Below are positions 29,696 to 40,358 of a stretch of DNA of 64,000 nucleotides, in pieces; positions within the stretch are counted from its first letter, which is position 1, and each line of letters begins with the position of its first letter. Both the position numbers and the translations under genes were made by a program. The stretch comes from Alphaproteobacteria bacterium. Its GTDB lineage: Bacteria > Pseudomonadota > Alphaproteobacteria > G965222575. A model generated the notes under the pieces. That model had not been told where the DNA came from. It saw only the letters and a list, made by a program, of their open reading frames with translations, and did not search any database. The stretch covers positions 544,001 through 608,000 of the forward strand of contig OZ244958.1 of NCBI GenBank assembly GCA_965222575.1. The letters run 5' to 3'.

Positions 29696-30925
29696 TTAGG
29701 TCTTACTTGATGAGGAGTGAAAAAAGCGGTAGGTTTCTTCTAGGGCTTGAGAGAGGAGGGTGATATGCGGAAGTGTGTTGTAGACGCCAAAGGAAGCGCG
29801 TACTGTTGCGGGGATTTTCAAGCGTTTCATGAAGAGTTGGGCACAGTGGTGACCGGCGCGCACGGCGATATGAAATTTTCCATCTAAGAAAGTTGCAACA
29901 TCGTGGGGGTGAACGCCTTCCATGAGAAAAGAAAGAGAGCCTGACCGATGCTCAGAGTTCGACTTCAGAACACGAATGCCTTTGAGATTGTCTAGGCAGT
30001 TGTGGGCATGAGAGAGAAGGGCTTGGTTATGGTGGGAGATGGTTTCCATGTTCAAAGACTGAAGGTAGGAAATGGCGGCTTTTAGTCCTATGGCTTCAAC
30101 GATAGGGGGAGTCCCGGCTTCAAAGCGTTCTGGCGGGGGAAGGTAAGTGGAAGAGTGAACAGTGACCTCTTCTATCATGCCGCCCCCTCCTCTTACGGGG
30201 GCCATAGTCTTGAGGTATTCCTCGCGTCCCCAAAGAACGCCAATCCCTGTGGGGCCATACATCTTGTGTCCTGAAAAGGCGTAAAAATCTACCCCTAAGG
30301 CTTGTACATCCACAGGAAAATGAGGCACTGCTTGTGTGCCGTCTACCACTACGACTACCCCTCGCTCATGAGCTATGGTCACAATCTCCTCAATAGGCAG
30401 GCGACTGCCAACGACATTAGAGACATGAGTGATGGCTAACACTTTGGTCTTAGCGTTCAAAGACCGCTTGATATCCTCTACTGAGACAAAGCAAGGGTCT
30501 TCTGTTTGGGCTAGCGTAATTGTTGCCCCTATGTCCTTTGCTACCAGTTGCCAAGGAACAATGTTAGAGTGATGCTCCAGAGGGGTTAGTAAAATTTCCG
30601 CTTCTTGACCTTTTTGTAGAGTCTTGCCATAAGAACAGGCTACGAGATTGAGGGCATCTGTTGCGTTGTGCGTGAAGATAATTTCGTTAGGAGACGGGGC
30701 ATTGATAAATTTTGCGACGGCGCACCGCGCTTGGTGATAGGCTTCTGTGGATTCTGCGCTGAGGCGATAGAGTCCTCTTTTGATGTTGGCGTACTGGGTA
30801 GTCATCATATTGGTCATAGCCTCTATCACGCAACGGGGCTTTTGGGCAGACGCTGCGGTGTCAAGGTACACTCCCCCTTTGGGGAAAATCGGAAATTCTT
30901 TTTGGACTTGAAGGAGACTATTCAT
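29696..30925 (-). CDS. sufS: Cysteine desulfurase
   Basis: YLDTAASAQKP, EHHSNIVPW, FSGHKMYGPTG, RAGHHCA. Confidence 0.96.
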   Translation of the reverse strand: MNSLLQVQKEFPIFPKGGVYLDTAASAQKPRCVIEAMTNMMTTQYANIKRGLYRLSAESTEAYHQARCAVAKFINAPSPNEIIFTHNATDALNLVACSYGKTLQKGQEAEILLTPLEHHSNIVPWQLVAKDIGATITLAQTEDPCFVSVEDIKRSLNAKTKVLAITHVSNVVGSRLPIEEIVTIAHERGVVVVVDGTQAVPHFPVDVQALGVDFYAFSGHKMYGPTGIGVLWGREEYLKTMAPVRGGGGMIEEVTVHSSTYLPPPERFEAGTPPIVEAIGLKAAISYLQSLNMETISHHNQALLSHAHNCLDNLKGIRVLKSNSEHRSGSLSFLMEGVHPHDVATFLDGKFHIAVRAGHHCAQLFMKRLKIPATVRASFGVYNTLPHITLLSQALEETYRFFHSSSSKT

Positions 30926-32021
30926 GAAGTGCGTCTTCCTGAAAAGTCGCTTGAAAGACCTCCTCAACTGTTTGTTGCAAGGGTTTCCAGTGAGGCTCTT
31001 TTATCAGTGACAAGAAAAACGCTTTTAACAGGACTGTTTTAGCCTGCTTCTGTGGCAACCCTCGGGAAGTAAGATAAAATAAGGCATTGGGGTCTAAGCC
31101 CCCAATGGCTGCACCATGACCACAGCGCACATTATCAGAGGCAATTTCCAAAAAGGGCTTGTTGTAAATCTGTGCCTTATCCCCCTGCACTATACCGCGA
31201 CATGATTGCAACCCATCAACCTCTTCGATGTTCTTTTTCACAAAAATACCCCCTTGAAACACACTCTTAGAAGAGTCAAGGCCTATGATTTTACAGTGCT
31301 GGCGGCTCTGTGTTTGCGAGGCGTTATGGTGGACATTGTTCAAAAAAGCTAAGGCGGCATCCTCTTGGGCTAACGCCACTTGTTGATAGTCACAAACTGC
31401 CTCTTTCCCTTCTAACACAGTGCTAACGCGTATTAAGCTCTGGGGAGACCCAACGCCAAAGGCTTTGTGATAAAATGTTCCCCTCTCCCCAACGGACACC
31501 TCCGCAGAATAAGAAATCACGCAATTGCTATGGCGCGTTTGTTGGACGCTACTGTGTACCACCGCCCCTTCTTCCAGCACAACCCGCATACAGACATTTA
31601 AGCCATCACCTCCTTGGGCAGGGTCTAAAATTTCCATCAGATGTAAACAGCTTCCCTTGCCAACGACAATTTCATGACACAGACTGCCCTCGCCCTTGTA
31701 TTGTAAAGTGACCTCTGCCTCCGCCCCTGCCTTGAGTGAGAACCGCTCTCCTCCCCCCAACACCCCTAGTGACCAGAACATATCCTTTGAAACAACGTCT
31801 TCTAAAAACTGACTGTGCGCCAAGGGGGCTCTCGAGAGGCGGTTTCCTTCCGAGTAGAGTGTTTGTGCGCTATCAGGGGCTTCCTTCCATTGCTTCAGCA
31901 GTCGACTAAGCTGTGCAAGCCGTACATAACGCCATTGCTCCTCTTTCACAGACGGAAACGATAAACGAGACAGGGACTTATAGGCATGGGTTTTCAGTTC
32001 CTCCAACATACACACTCTCAC
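30918..32021 (-). CDS. sufD: Fe-S assembly protein SufD
   Basis: EQWRY, PFLEIASDNVRCGHGA, LFYLTSRGL. Confidence 0.92.
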   Translation of the reverse strand: MRVCMLEELKTHAYKSLSRLSFPSVKEEQWRYVRLAQLSRLLKQWKEAPDSAQTLYSEGNRLSRAPLAHSQFLEDVVSKDMFWSLGVLGGGERFSLKAGAEAEVTLQYKGEGSLCHEIVVGKGSCLHLMEILDPAQGGDGLNVCMRVVLEEGAVVHSSVQQTRHSNCVISYSAEVSVGERGTFYHKAFGVGSPQSLIRVSTVLEGKEAVCDYQQVALAQEDAALAFLNNVHHNASQTQSRQHCKIIGLDSSKSVFQGGIFVKKNIEEVDGLQSCRGIVQGDKAQIYNKPFLEIASDNVRCGHGAAIGGLDPNALFYLTSRGLPQKQAKTVLLKAFFLSLIKEPHWKPLQQTVEEVFQATFQEDALHE

Positions 32022-32031
32022 TCAACTTGAT

Positions 32032-32769
32032 TTATTGAAAGAATTTGTAGCCTTTTTGCTCTAATTCCACCGCTAGAGTCTTATCGCCAGAGCGTATAAT
32101 TTTCCCCTCCATCATCAGGTGTACTCTATCCGGGACAATATGTTCCAAAAGCCTTTGGTAATGGGTGATAATCAAAACAGTCCGCTCCTTATTGGCAAAT
32201 GTCCTAATCCCCCGTGCTACATGTTTCAACGCATCAATATCAAGACCGCTATCAGTCTCATCCAATAACGCCATAGAAGGCTCTAAGGCTAACATTTGCA
32301 ACATTTCCATCCGTTTTTTTTCCCCTCCTGAAAATCCAACATTCAGGGGGCGATTTAAGAAATCATGGGAACAGCCCAAACTGGTAGCTGCCGCTTTGAC
32401 GCGCCTTAAAATTTCCCCGCTATCTTCAGGAGGCTTCCCTTGCTGTTTGCGCAAGGCGTTAATGGCTGTGCGTAAAAACGAAAGTGTGTTCACTCCCGGC
32501 ACTTCCGTGGGATACTGAAACGCCATGAACACACCGCAACCAGCCCGCACATGGGGCGCCATCTCCAACAAATTCTCCCCTTCATAGAGAATCTCACCCC
32601 CTACTACTTCATATTCCTCCCGCCCAGCTATCACATTGCAAAGTGTACTCTTCCCTGAGCCATTCATCCCCATAATAGCCTGTACTGTGCCTTTCTCAAC
32701 TGTCAAAGACAGCTCCTTGAGTATCACTTTGTCTGCTATGGAAACTGTTAAATTTCGTATCTCAAGCAT
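32032..32769 (-). CDS. sufC: Fe-S assembly ATPase SufC
   Basis: GMNGSGKST, FQYPTE, GFSGGEKKR, LDETDSGLDID, ITHYQRLL. Confidence 0.97.
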   Translation of the reverse strand: MLEIRNLTVSIADKVILKELSLTVEKGTVQAIMGMNGSGKSTLCNVIAGREEYEVVGGEILYEGENLLEMAPHVRAGCGVFMAFQYPTEVPGVNTLSFLRTAINALRKQQGKPPEDSGEILRRVKAAATSLGCSHDFLNRPLNVGFSGGEKKRMEMLQMLALEPSMALLDETDSGLDIDALKHVARGIRTFANKERTVLIITHYQRLLEHIVPDRVHLMMEGKIIRSGDKTLAVELEQKGYKFFQ

Positions 32770-32793
32770 GGGGTCTCTGTGGTGGGTTTTTCC

Positions 32794-34266
32794 TTATCCG
32801 ACGCTTCCCTCTAAAGAGAGTGCCAAGAGCTTATGGGCTTCCACGGCAAACTCCATGGGAAGCTTTTGTAGCACATCACGGCAAAAGCCGTTGACAACGA
32901 GTGCGATGGCTTCCTCTGTTTCCATCCCGCGTTGTGCGCAATAAAACAGCTGGTCTTCATTAATCTTCTCTGTGGACGCTTCATGTTCCACAGTGGTAGA
33001 ATCATTTAAGACCTCAATATACGGGACTGTGTTGGAGATAGCCTTAGGTCCAATGAGCAGGGAATCGCATTGTGTGTAATTACGCCCGTGTAAGGCTTTA
33101 GGGGCGATGCGCACGCGCCCTCTGTAGACATTCACAGACTCCCCTGCTGCTATCCCTTTTGAAATGATTGTAGAAGAGGTTTTTTCTCCTAAGTGTATCA
33201 TTTTAGTCCCTGTGTCTGCTTGTTGGTGGTTGTTGGTAATGGCAACGGAATAAAATGACCCGGTGGATTCAGCGCCCTGTAAGATACAGCTCGGGTATTT
33301 CCAAGTAATAGCAGCTCCAGTTTCAATCTGTGTCCAAGAGATTTTAGAGGCTCTCCCTTTACAAAGCCCGCGCTTAGTTACGAAGTTATAAATTCCTCCT
33401 TTTCCGTTCTTATCGCCGGGATACCAGTTCTGAATGGTGGAATACTTGATTTCTGCTCCTTCTAGGGCGATAAGTTCTACCACTGCTGCATGAAGCTGGT
33501 TTTCATCTCGCATGGGGGCTGTACACCCTTCTAAGTAACTCACATGAGCTCCTTCCTCTGCTATAATCAGTGTGCGTTCAAATTGCCCTGTGTTGGCGGA
33601 ATTGATACGAAAATAGGTGGAGAGTTCAAGGGGACAGCGCACGCCTTTGGGAATATAGACAAAGGAGCCGTCAGTGAACACAGCGGAATTGAGCGTTGCA
33701 AAGGCATTATCCGTATAGGGGACTACAGACCCAATATAACGCTTAACGAGGTCAGGGTGTTCTTTAACAGCGTCGGAAAAGGAACAAAAAATAATCCCCA
33801 TCTTGGAGAGTTTTTCTTTATAGGTCGTTGCAACGGAGACAGAGTCGAACACAGCATCTACCGCAACGCCCGCGAGCCATTTTTGCTCCTTGAGGGAAAT
33901 ACCAAGCTTTTCATAGGTTTTCAAAATCTCAGGGTCTACTTCCTCTAAGCTCTTGAGTTTCTTCTTAGGCTTAGGTTCAGCGTAATAATACGCCTCCTGA
34001 AAATCCATAGGAGGAAACTTAAGATAAGACCATGCCGGCATTTTCTGTGGATTCCGTTCAAGGGTTTTCCATACTTCATAGGCGCGAAGACGCCACTTAA
34101 GCATCCAGTCTGGCTCCTGCTTGTGTTGACTGATGAAGTGTATGGTTTGTTCATTGAGTCCTTTAGGGGCTCTGATGGAGTCTATATCCGTCACGAAGCC
34201 AAACTTGTAATCGGCTAGGGTCTGAACTTGGGCCTTTGTGTCTTCAGAAATTAGTGCGTTTGCCAT
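32794..34266 (-). CDS. sufB: Fe-S assembly protein SufB
   Basis: [45 protein letters not shown]. Confidence 0.98.
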   Translation of the reverse strand: MANALISEDTKAQVQTLADYKFGFVTDIDSIRAPKGLNEQTIHFISQHKQEPDWMLKWRLRAYEVWKTLERNPQKMPAWSYLKFPPMDFQEAYYYAEPKPKKKLKSLEEVDPEILKTYEKLGISLKEQKWLAGVAVDAVFDSVSVATTYKEKLSKMGIIFCSFSDAVKEHPDLVKRYIGSVVPYTDNAFATLNSAVFTDGSFVYIPKGVRCPLELSTYFRINSANTGQFERTLIIAEEGAHVSYLEGCTAPMRDENQLHAAVVELIALEGAEIKYSTIQNWYPGDKNGKGGIYNFVTKRGLCKGRASKISWTQIETGAAITWKYPSCILQGAESTGSFYSVAITNNHQQADTGTKMIHLGEKTSSTIISKGIAAGESVNVYRGRVRIAPKALHGRNYTQCDSLLIGPKAISNTVPYIEVLNDSTTVEHEASTEKINEDQLFYCAQRGMETEEAIALVVNGFCRDVLQKLPMEFAVEAHKLLALSLEGSVG

Positions 34267-34429
34267 GGGGCCTCTTGTGATGGTGGTGGTGTTACTCTCT
34301 AACTCATTATAGCATAATGACTCAAGGTTTATAACCATAGCAAAGTTTTTCTTTTACTCGGGAGATTTTTTATGCGCAGCGAGAGGGTTTTCTTTAATTG
34401 TCTCTGACTAGTGTGCCTGAGGAGAGGTC

Positions 34430-34458
34430 TTGACTTGCCAGATGAGTTTAGGTATTGT
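34430..34458 (+). promoter_or_regulatory. Putative sigma70 promoter for ankyrin gene 1
   Basis: TTGACT-N17-TATTGT. Confidence 0.5.
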
Positions 34459-34493
34459 GATGAGGTGTTGATTATGAGAGGGAGGCGGGAAAA

Positions 34494-35870
34494 ATGGTAT
34501 ATAGTTTGATGAGGATTATCCTCCTAGTAATGGTTGTTCTGTCTATTGGGTCGGCTGGGGCGGCGGAGATACATGATGCGGCGCGGCTAGGGGATCTTAA
34601 TGTGATAAAAGCGTTGATTGATAGGGGCAGTAATATCAATGTTCAGGATATAGATAAGCGTACGCCGCTTCACTGGGCGGTTTATTCTGGCCATATTGAG
34701 GTGGTGAAGTTTTTGTTGGGGAAAGGGGCAAAGCTGGATATTGTGGATAGGGAGAAATGGTCTCCGCTTCATTTAGCGGTAGAGCTGGGGCATGAAGAGA
34801 TTATGAAGTTGCTGTTGGTGCGCAAGGCGAAAGTGACTTTGAAAGACTATCGTGGTATGTTACCGCTTCATGTAGCGGCTCTAAAGGGGAATATTGTAGC
34901 GGTGAAGCTTTTATTGGAGCAAGATGCGAAGGTGTTGCAGTCTAAGGGTCAAAATGGGTTAACGCCGCTTCATTTTGCGGCAGAAGCGGGTCATTTTGAG
35001 GTGGTGAAGTTTTTATTGGGGAAAGGGGCGCTTGTGCGGTCTAAAGATAAAAATGCGTCAACGCCGCTTCACTATGCGTCTTATTTTGGTCATACTGAGG
35101 TGGTGAAGATTTTTTTGGAGAAAGGCATTAGTAGCAATGTGCGCAATAATCGAGATTGGACGCCGCTTCATTTTGCAGCGGAGAAGGGGTCTGTGGAGGT
35201 TGTGAATCTTCTTCTAAAAAATGGGGCGGATATTTATGCGAAAGCAAGAAAAGAGATGCCTTCTGTGGAGTCTGGGAAGCCTGGGGAGTTTTTAGGGGGT
35301 GTAACGCCGCTTCATTTTGCGGCTTATAATGGTCATATAGGGGTTGTGAAGATTTTGCTTACTAAGGGGGCGGAAGTGAATGCGCGTGCTTTGGATGGGA
35401 CGATGCCGCTTCATTTTGCAGTGGAGAAGGGTCATGGGGCGCTCGGGAAGATTCTGATTGACTCGGGGGCGGATATTTATTCTAAGGGTGGCAAGCGGAA
35501 GTTATCGCCTATTTTTTATGCGGCTGAGCAAGGGTATAGCAATGTTCTGAAGGTATTGCTTGAGGCGGGGGCGGAGGTGAATGAGAAGGGGGAATTCGGT
35601 GTAACGCCGCTTCATCAGGTTGCTTTTTCTGGGAATCTTGGGTCTGTGAAGTTGCTGATTGAGAAGGGGGCAGATATAGGGGCGCGGACGAAATCTGGGG
35701 AAACGCCTCTCCATGTTGCTGCTGCTGAGGGGCATTTTGGGGTGGTGAAATTCCTTCTTGACAAAGGGGCGGATCGCAAGGTGAGAAACAACACTGGTGC
35801 GACTCCTCTGAGTGTTGCGAAGAAACTGGGACATCAGGGTATTGTCAAGATGCTTGAGAGTGCGAAATAG
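34494..35870 (+). CDS. Secreted ankyrin-repeat protein 1 (about 12-13 repeats)
   Basis: Signal peptide MRIILLVMVVLSIGSAGA; 33-aa TPLH.AA..GH..VVK.LL..GA repeats; no other domain. Confidence 0.95.
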   Translation: MVYSLMRIILLVMVVLSIGSAGAAEIHDAARLGDLNVIKALIDRGSNINVQDIDKRTPLHWAVYSGHIEVVKFLLGKGAKLDIVDREKWSPLHLAVELGHEEIMKLLLVRKAKVTLKDYRGMLPLHVAALKGNIVAVKLLLEQDAKVLQSKGQNGLTPLHFAAEAGHFEVVKFLLGKGALVRSKDKNASTPLHYASYFGHTEVVKIFLEKGISSNVRNNRDWTPLHFAAEKGSVEVVNLLLKNGADIYAKARKEMPSVESGKPGEFLGGVTPLHFAAYNGHIGVVKILLTKGAEVNARALDGTMPLHFAVEKGHGALGKILIDSGADIYSKGGKRKLSPIFYAAEQGYSNVLKVLLEAGAEVNEKGEFGVTPLHQVAFSGNLGSVKLLIEKGADIGARTKSGETPLHVAAAEGHFGVVKFLLDKGADRKVRNNTGATPLSVAKKLGHQGIVKMLESAK

Positions 35871-35971
35871 TGAGAATCTCTGTGAGTTTTGTCTTGTTCT
35901 TAGAATAGATGCGTGCGTGCGTGGGGGTTAGAAAGATTAGGAAAAATCAGGGATGGTAATGGGAAGTTGAG

Positions 35972-36988
35972 ATGAGAGTGTTAAAAAGTGCGCTTTTTGT
36001 GTTGGTGGTTCTTTTTGGAAGGGGACAAGGGGGAGAGCTTCATGAGGTGGTGAAATCGGGAGATAGAGAAGCTCTCTTACGGTTGATTTCCAAGGGGGTA
36101 GCGATTAATGAGAGAGATGAAAATGGATTAACGCCGCTTCATTGGGCTATTTATGAGGGGGACGAGGCATTCATTCAAGAGTTAATTAAGGCTGGCGCCA
36201 CTGTTAATATGAGTGGCAAGGATGGTAGCACGCCCCTTCATGTAGCGGTTTTCTATCAACGTGTGGGAGAGGCAAGGCTTCTGATTAAGGCGGGGGCGCG
36301 GGTTAACGTGAGGGATCAGTCTGGCCTAACGCCGCTTCATCATGCGAGTAATGAGGAGATTGTGCGCCTTCTTATTGGTAAGGGAGCGGCGGTTGGGGCG
36401 TTGGATAAGGACAGTGTTACCCCTCTTCATATGGCTGCTAAGGGGGGTCGTGCGGGGGTGGCTAAGAGTCTGCTTGAGGGGCAGGCTAAAGTTGATGCCT
36501 TGGAGAAGAGCAAAAGGACACCGCTTCATGTGGCGGCGTATTATGGTCATAGAGGGGTTGTGGAGGTGTTGCTTAAGGCGCGTGCCAATGTTAATGCTGT
36601 GGAGATGAACTATAGGACGCCACTGTATTGGGCTGTGCTGAACGGCCATGTTGCTGTTGTGAAAATGCTCCTTGAGTCGGGGGCGAAAGTTAAGCTAGCC
36701 GATAGGGAGAAGCGTACGCCGCTTCATGGGGCGGCCTTTTCTGGCAACGTTGGGTCTGTGAAGTTGCTGCTTGAGGCGGGGGCTGATTTGGGGGCGCGGA
36801 CGAAAACTGGGGAAACGCCTCTCTATGCCGCTGTTGCTGGGGGGCATTTTGGGGTGGTGAAATTCCTTCTTGAAAAAGGGGCAGACCGCAAGGTGAAAAA
36901 CAACAAGGGTGTTACCCCTCTGATTGTTGCGAGGAAACTGGGACATCAGGGCATTATCAAGATGCTTGAACAGACGAAGACGAAATAG
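35972..36988 (+). CDS. Secreted ankyrin-repeat protein 2 (chimera of genes 3 and 1)
   Basis: Signal peptide and ankyrin repeats; N-terminal part matches gene 3, C-terminal part matches gene 1. Confidence 0.95.
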   Translation: MRVLKSALFVLVVLFGRGQGGELHEVVKSGDREALLRLISKGVAINERDENGLTPLHWAIYEGDEAFIQELIKAGATVNMSGKDGSTPLHVAVFYQRVGEARLLIKAGARVNVRDQSGLTPLHHASNEEIVRLLIGKGAAVGALDKDSVTPLHMAAKGGRAGVAKSLLEGQAKVDALEKSKRTPLHVAAYYGHRGVVEVLLKARANVNAVEMNYRTPLYWAVLNGHVAVVKMLLESGAKVKLADREKRTPLHGAAFSGNVGSVKLLLEAGADLGARTKTGETPLYAAVAGGHFGVVKFLLEKGADRKVKNNKGVTPLIVARKLGHQGIIKMLEQTKTK

Positions 36989-37037
36989 TGAGAATCTCAT
37001 AAGGATTAAGAAAATTAGGGAGGGTTGGGATAAGGAA

Positions 37038-38051
37038 ATGAGAGTGTTAAAAAGTGCGCTTATGGCGTTGGTGGTTCTTTTCGGAGAGGGACAAGGGGGA
37101 GAGATTCATGAGGTGGTGAAAGCGGGAGATAGAGAAGCTCTTGTGCGGTTGATTGGGAAGGGTGGGGCAGCGATAAATGAGAGAGATGACAAGGGATTAA
37201 CGCCGCTTCATTGGGCTGTTTATGAGGGGGAAGAGGCATTGGTTCAAGAGTTAATTAAGGCTGGCGCCGTGGTTGATGTGAGCAGCAAGGATGGGAGCAC
37301 GCCCCTTCATATAGCGGTTATCTATCAACGTGTGGGAGAGGTAAAGCTTCTGCTTGAGGCGGGGGCGGCGGTTGACATGAGGGACCAGTATGGCGTAACG
37401 CCGCTTCATCATGCGAGTAATGAGAAGATTGTGCATCTTCTTCTTGGTAAGGGAGCGGATGTTGGGGCTTTAGATAAGGACAATGTTACCCCTCTTTATA
37501 TAGCTGCTAAGAAGGGTCATGTGGTGGTGGCTAGGAGTCTGCTTGAGGGGCAGGCTGAAGTTGATGTTTTGGAGAAGGGCAAGAAAACGCCGCTTCATGT
37601 GGCAGCGTATTATGGTCATGGAGGGGTGGTGGAGGTGTTGCTTAAGGCGCGTGCCAATGTGAATGCTGTGGAGATAAACGATAGGACGCCCCTGTATTGG
37701 GCTGTGCAGAATGGCCATGTTGCTGTTGTGAGAATGCTCCTTGAGGCGGGGGCGAAAGTTAAGATACAGGACAAGACTAAGCGTACGCCGCTTCATGTGG
37801 CTTCTCGGGAAGGATATGCCGAAATTGTCAAAATCCTTCTTAGTAAGGGGGCAGATATCAATGCAAGAGACAGACTAGGGAATACCCCTCTTCACGAGGC
37901 TGTTTACAAAGAAAAGGTCGGCGTGGTGAAAGAACTCTTAGGAGCAGGGGTTAATCACAAGATAAAAAATGAGGGGGGCGTAACGCCTCTTGATATGGCG
38001 AAAAGAGGGAGATATCTTCAACTTATCAGAATGCTTGAAAGCAAGAAGTAA
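37038..38051 (+). CDS. Secreted ankyrin-repeat protein 3
   Basis: MRVLKSALMALVVLFGEGQG start after an AAGGA SD; ankyrin repeats. Confidence 0.95.
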   Translation: MRVLKSALMALVVLFGEGQGGEIHEVVKAGDREALVRLIGKGGAAINERDDKGLTPLHWAVYEGEEALVQELIKAGAVVDVSSKDGSTPLHIAVIYQRVGEVKLLLEAGAAVDMRDQYGVTPLHHASNEKIVHLLLGKGADVGALDKDNVTPLYIAAKKGHVVVARSLLEGQAEVDVLEKGKKTPLHVAAYYGHGGVVEVLLKARANVNAVEINDRTPLYWAVQNGHVAVVRMLLEAGAKVKIQDKTKRTPLHVASREGYAEIVKILLSKGADINARDRLGNTPLHEAVYKEKVGVVKELLGAGVNHKIKNEGGVTPLDMAKRGRYLQLIRMLESKK

Positions 38052-38164
38052 GGCAACTCTCCTTGCATTAAGAGAGAGTGCTACTTGATGGGCTAGTGCG
38101 TGCGTGCCTTCCGTTCGGTCTTTGCGTAATGCCCTCCTTTCAGGGGATGGGGGTCTAGGGGACA

Positions 38165-38193
38165 TTGACACGCTATTGGTTTTGGTGTATCCT
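38165..38193 (+). promoter_or_regulatory. Putative sigma70 promoter for ankyrin gene 4
   Basis: TTGACA-N17-TATCCT. Confidence 0.55.
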
Positions 38194-38229
38194 TATAGGG
38201 TTAGAGTCATCAGGCAGAGGGACAGGGTT

Positions 38230-39069
38230 GTGAAGTCTTTGAAAGTTGGGGTGTGTCTTGTGATGAGTCTCCCTTTTTTAGGGAGTGCGTCATTGCTTCA
38301 TAATTTAGCAATGATGGGCTCTTCTAGTTTAGTTGCTAAGAGCATTGAGCGTGGTGGGGATGTGAATGCTTTGGATACGCGGGGTAAGATTCCGCTTCAT
38401 TATGCTGCGTTGGGGGGGCATGAGCAGATTGTAAGGATGCTGATTGTTGCGGGGTCTCGGGTGAATATGCAGGACGAAGAGAAGATAGCGCCGCTTCATG
38501 AGGCGGCTTCTAGAGGGCATGAGAAGGTTGTGAAACAACTGTTGGCGTCGGGTGCTGAGGTTAATATTCAAGATGCGAGCTTAAGGACTCCTCTGTTTTT
38601 AGCAGCTTGGGGGGATCATGTAGAGGTTTTGAAGCTACTTATCAAAGCCGGTGGAAACGTAAATGCTAAAGATAGAGGCGGTGATTCGCCGTTGCATGGG
38701 GCGTCTAAACATAAGAGTGGGAAAGCCTTTAAGATTCTCGTGGGCAAGAGGGCGCGTGTTAAGGGTGTGAACAACGCTTTGTGGACGCCGTTGCATGTGG
38801 TGGCTAAGAGTGGCTCAGGAGAGATGGCAAACCTCCTGTTGGATAAGGGGGCGGTGATTGATGCGCGCACAGACAGAGATCGCATGACTCCGCTACATTT
38901 AGCTTGTGGACATGGGAATATTCCGGTGTTAAAGGTCTTGTTGGCAAGAGGGGCAAAGATTGAGCTTGTGGATAAATCGGGCATGGATGCTCTTGCTGTT
39001 GCGCACAAAATGAAACAGAAAGAGGTTATCAAGATATTGGAGCAGATATTAAGTAAGAGCAGATATTAA
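38230..39069 (+). CDS. Secreted ankyrin-repeat protein 4
   Basis: GTG start (M)KSLKVGVCLVMSLPFLGSA followed by ankyrin repeats. Confidence 0.92.
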   Translation: MKSLKVGVCLVMSLPFLGSASLLHNLAMMGSSSLVAKSIERGGDVNALDTRGKIPLHYAALGGHEQIVRMLIVAGSRVNMQDEEKIAPLHEAASRGHEKVVKQLLASGAEVNIQDASLRTPLFLAAWGDHVEVLKLLIKAGGNVNAKDRGGDSPLHGASKHKSGKAFKILVGKRARVKGVNNALWTPLHVVAKSGSGEMANLLLDKGAVIDARTDRDRMTPLHLACGHGNIPVLKVLLARGAKIELVDKSGMDALAVAHKMKQKEVIKILEQILSKSRY

Positions 39070-39096
39070 GTTAAATGAGGGCTCTTTAACTCTTTC

Positions 39097-40305
39097 ATGC
39101 TTGACAATTTTTTATTATCTTTTAGGCGGGGGGTGAGTCAGCAGGCGGGGCGACGAAGCAGTAGGAGAAGGACGCGCGGATTAGTGGGTGCGTTGTTGGT
39201 GTTGGTTTCAGTTGTTTTCGTGTTTTCTTTAGAGGCGGCTTGGCACTTAGAGGCGGATTGGCATCGTGCGGCAAAGAGTGGGGATGTAGAGACGATTAAA
39301 GAGTTGCTCACTGGTGGGGATAGAGAGGAGATTGATGAGAAGGATGAGGATAGCATGACGCCGCTTCATTGGGCGTCTATTTTTGGTCATGTGGAGGTAG
39401 TGGAGCTTCTGTTGTCTGCTGGGGCGGAGATTAATATACGTGGTGGTGAGCAGGGCTGGCGGCCGATTCATGTAGCGGGAACGCGGGAGGTGATAGAGGT
39501 CTTAAAGGGGCGGGGTGCGAATTTGCAGGTTAAGGATGATATGGGGTGGAGTCCGCTTCATTTTGCTATTTTTAGGGGTACGAAGGAGCAGGTGCGTGCG
39601 CTTTTGGAGGCGGGTGCTGTGGTGGAAGCTGTGGATGATAAGGGCATGACGCCGCTTCATTTGGCAGTTTTTTATGAACAGGAGGGGTTGGTGGGTGTAT
39701 TGTTGGAGGCGGGTGCGGAGGTTGATGCGCGTGATGATGAAGAGAGGGTGCCGCTTCATTATGTGAAGACGGTAGGTATTGTGTCGTTATTGTTGGAGGG
39801 GGGTACTGAGGTTGATGTTCGGAGTTACAGCGGTTCCACGCCGCTTCATGAAGCGGCGAATCAGGGGGCATTGTGGGTAGTGCGTGCGCTTTTGGAAGCG
39901 GGTGCGCAGGTCAATGCGCGCCTGACGACGGAGAGGACGCCGCTTCACTTTGCTGCTCGTATGGGGCATGTGGAAGTTCTCAATGTGTTGCTTGAAGCGG
40001 GGGCGAACGGTATTGCTAGGGGGGGAAAACATGGGACAACCCCTCTTCATGAAGCGGCAGAAGCGGGGCAAGTGTGGACAGTCAAGGCGTTGCTTGAGGC
40101 GGGGGTAGCAGTGGATGTGAAAGACAAACGCGGTTCCACGCCGCTTCATTGGGCAGTGAGAAAAGAAAGGGCAGAGGTGTGTCAAGCCCTTGCTAGCGGG
40201 GGGGCTAATTTTAACGTTGCTAACTATCAAGGCGACACCCCTCTTGATATTGCGCATGAAATAGGGCGTAGCGATTTGATAGAAGAGATGGAAAGTGGAC
40301 AGTGA
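39097..40305 (+). CDS. Secreted ankyrin-repeat protein 5
   Basis: Arg-rich n-region plus hydrophobic stretch ending in LEA; about 10 ankyrin repeats; start uncertain. Confidence 0.93.
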   Translation: MLDNFLLSFRRGVSQQAGRRSSRRRTRGLVGALLVLVSVVFVFSLEAAWHLEADWHRAAKSGDVETIKELLTGGDREEIDEKDEDSMTPLHWASIFGHVEVVELLLSAGAEINIRGGEQGWRPIHVAGTREVIEVLKGRGANLQVKDDMGWSPLHFAIFRGTKEQVRALLEAGAVVEAVDDKGMTPLHLAVFYEQEGLVGVLLEAGAEVDARDDEERVPLHYVKTVGIVSLLLEGGTEVDVRSYSGSTPLHEAANQGALWVVRALLEAGAQVNARLTTERTPLHFAARMGHVEVLNVLLEAGANGIARGGKHGTTPLHEAAEAGQVWTVKALLEAGVAVDVKDKRGSTPLHWAVRKERAEVCQALASGGANFNVANYQGDTPLDIAHEIGRSDLIEEMESGQ

Positions 40306-40358
40306 AGCAAGGGGTTTTTCTGAGTGAGAAGAGGTGAAAGGATAATAGTGGAAAAGAC

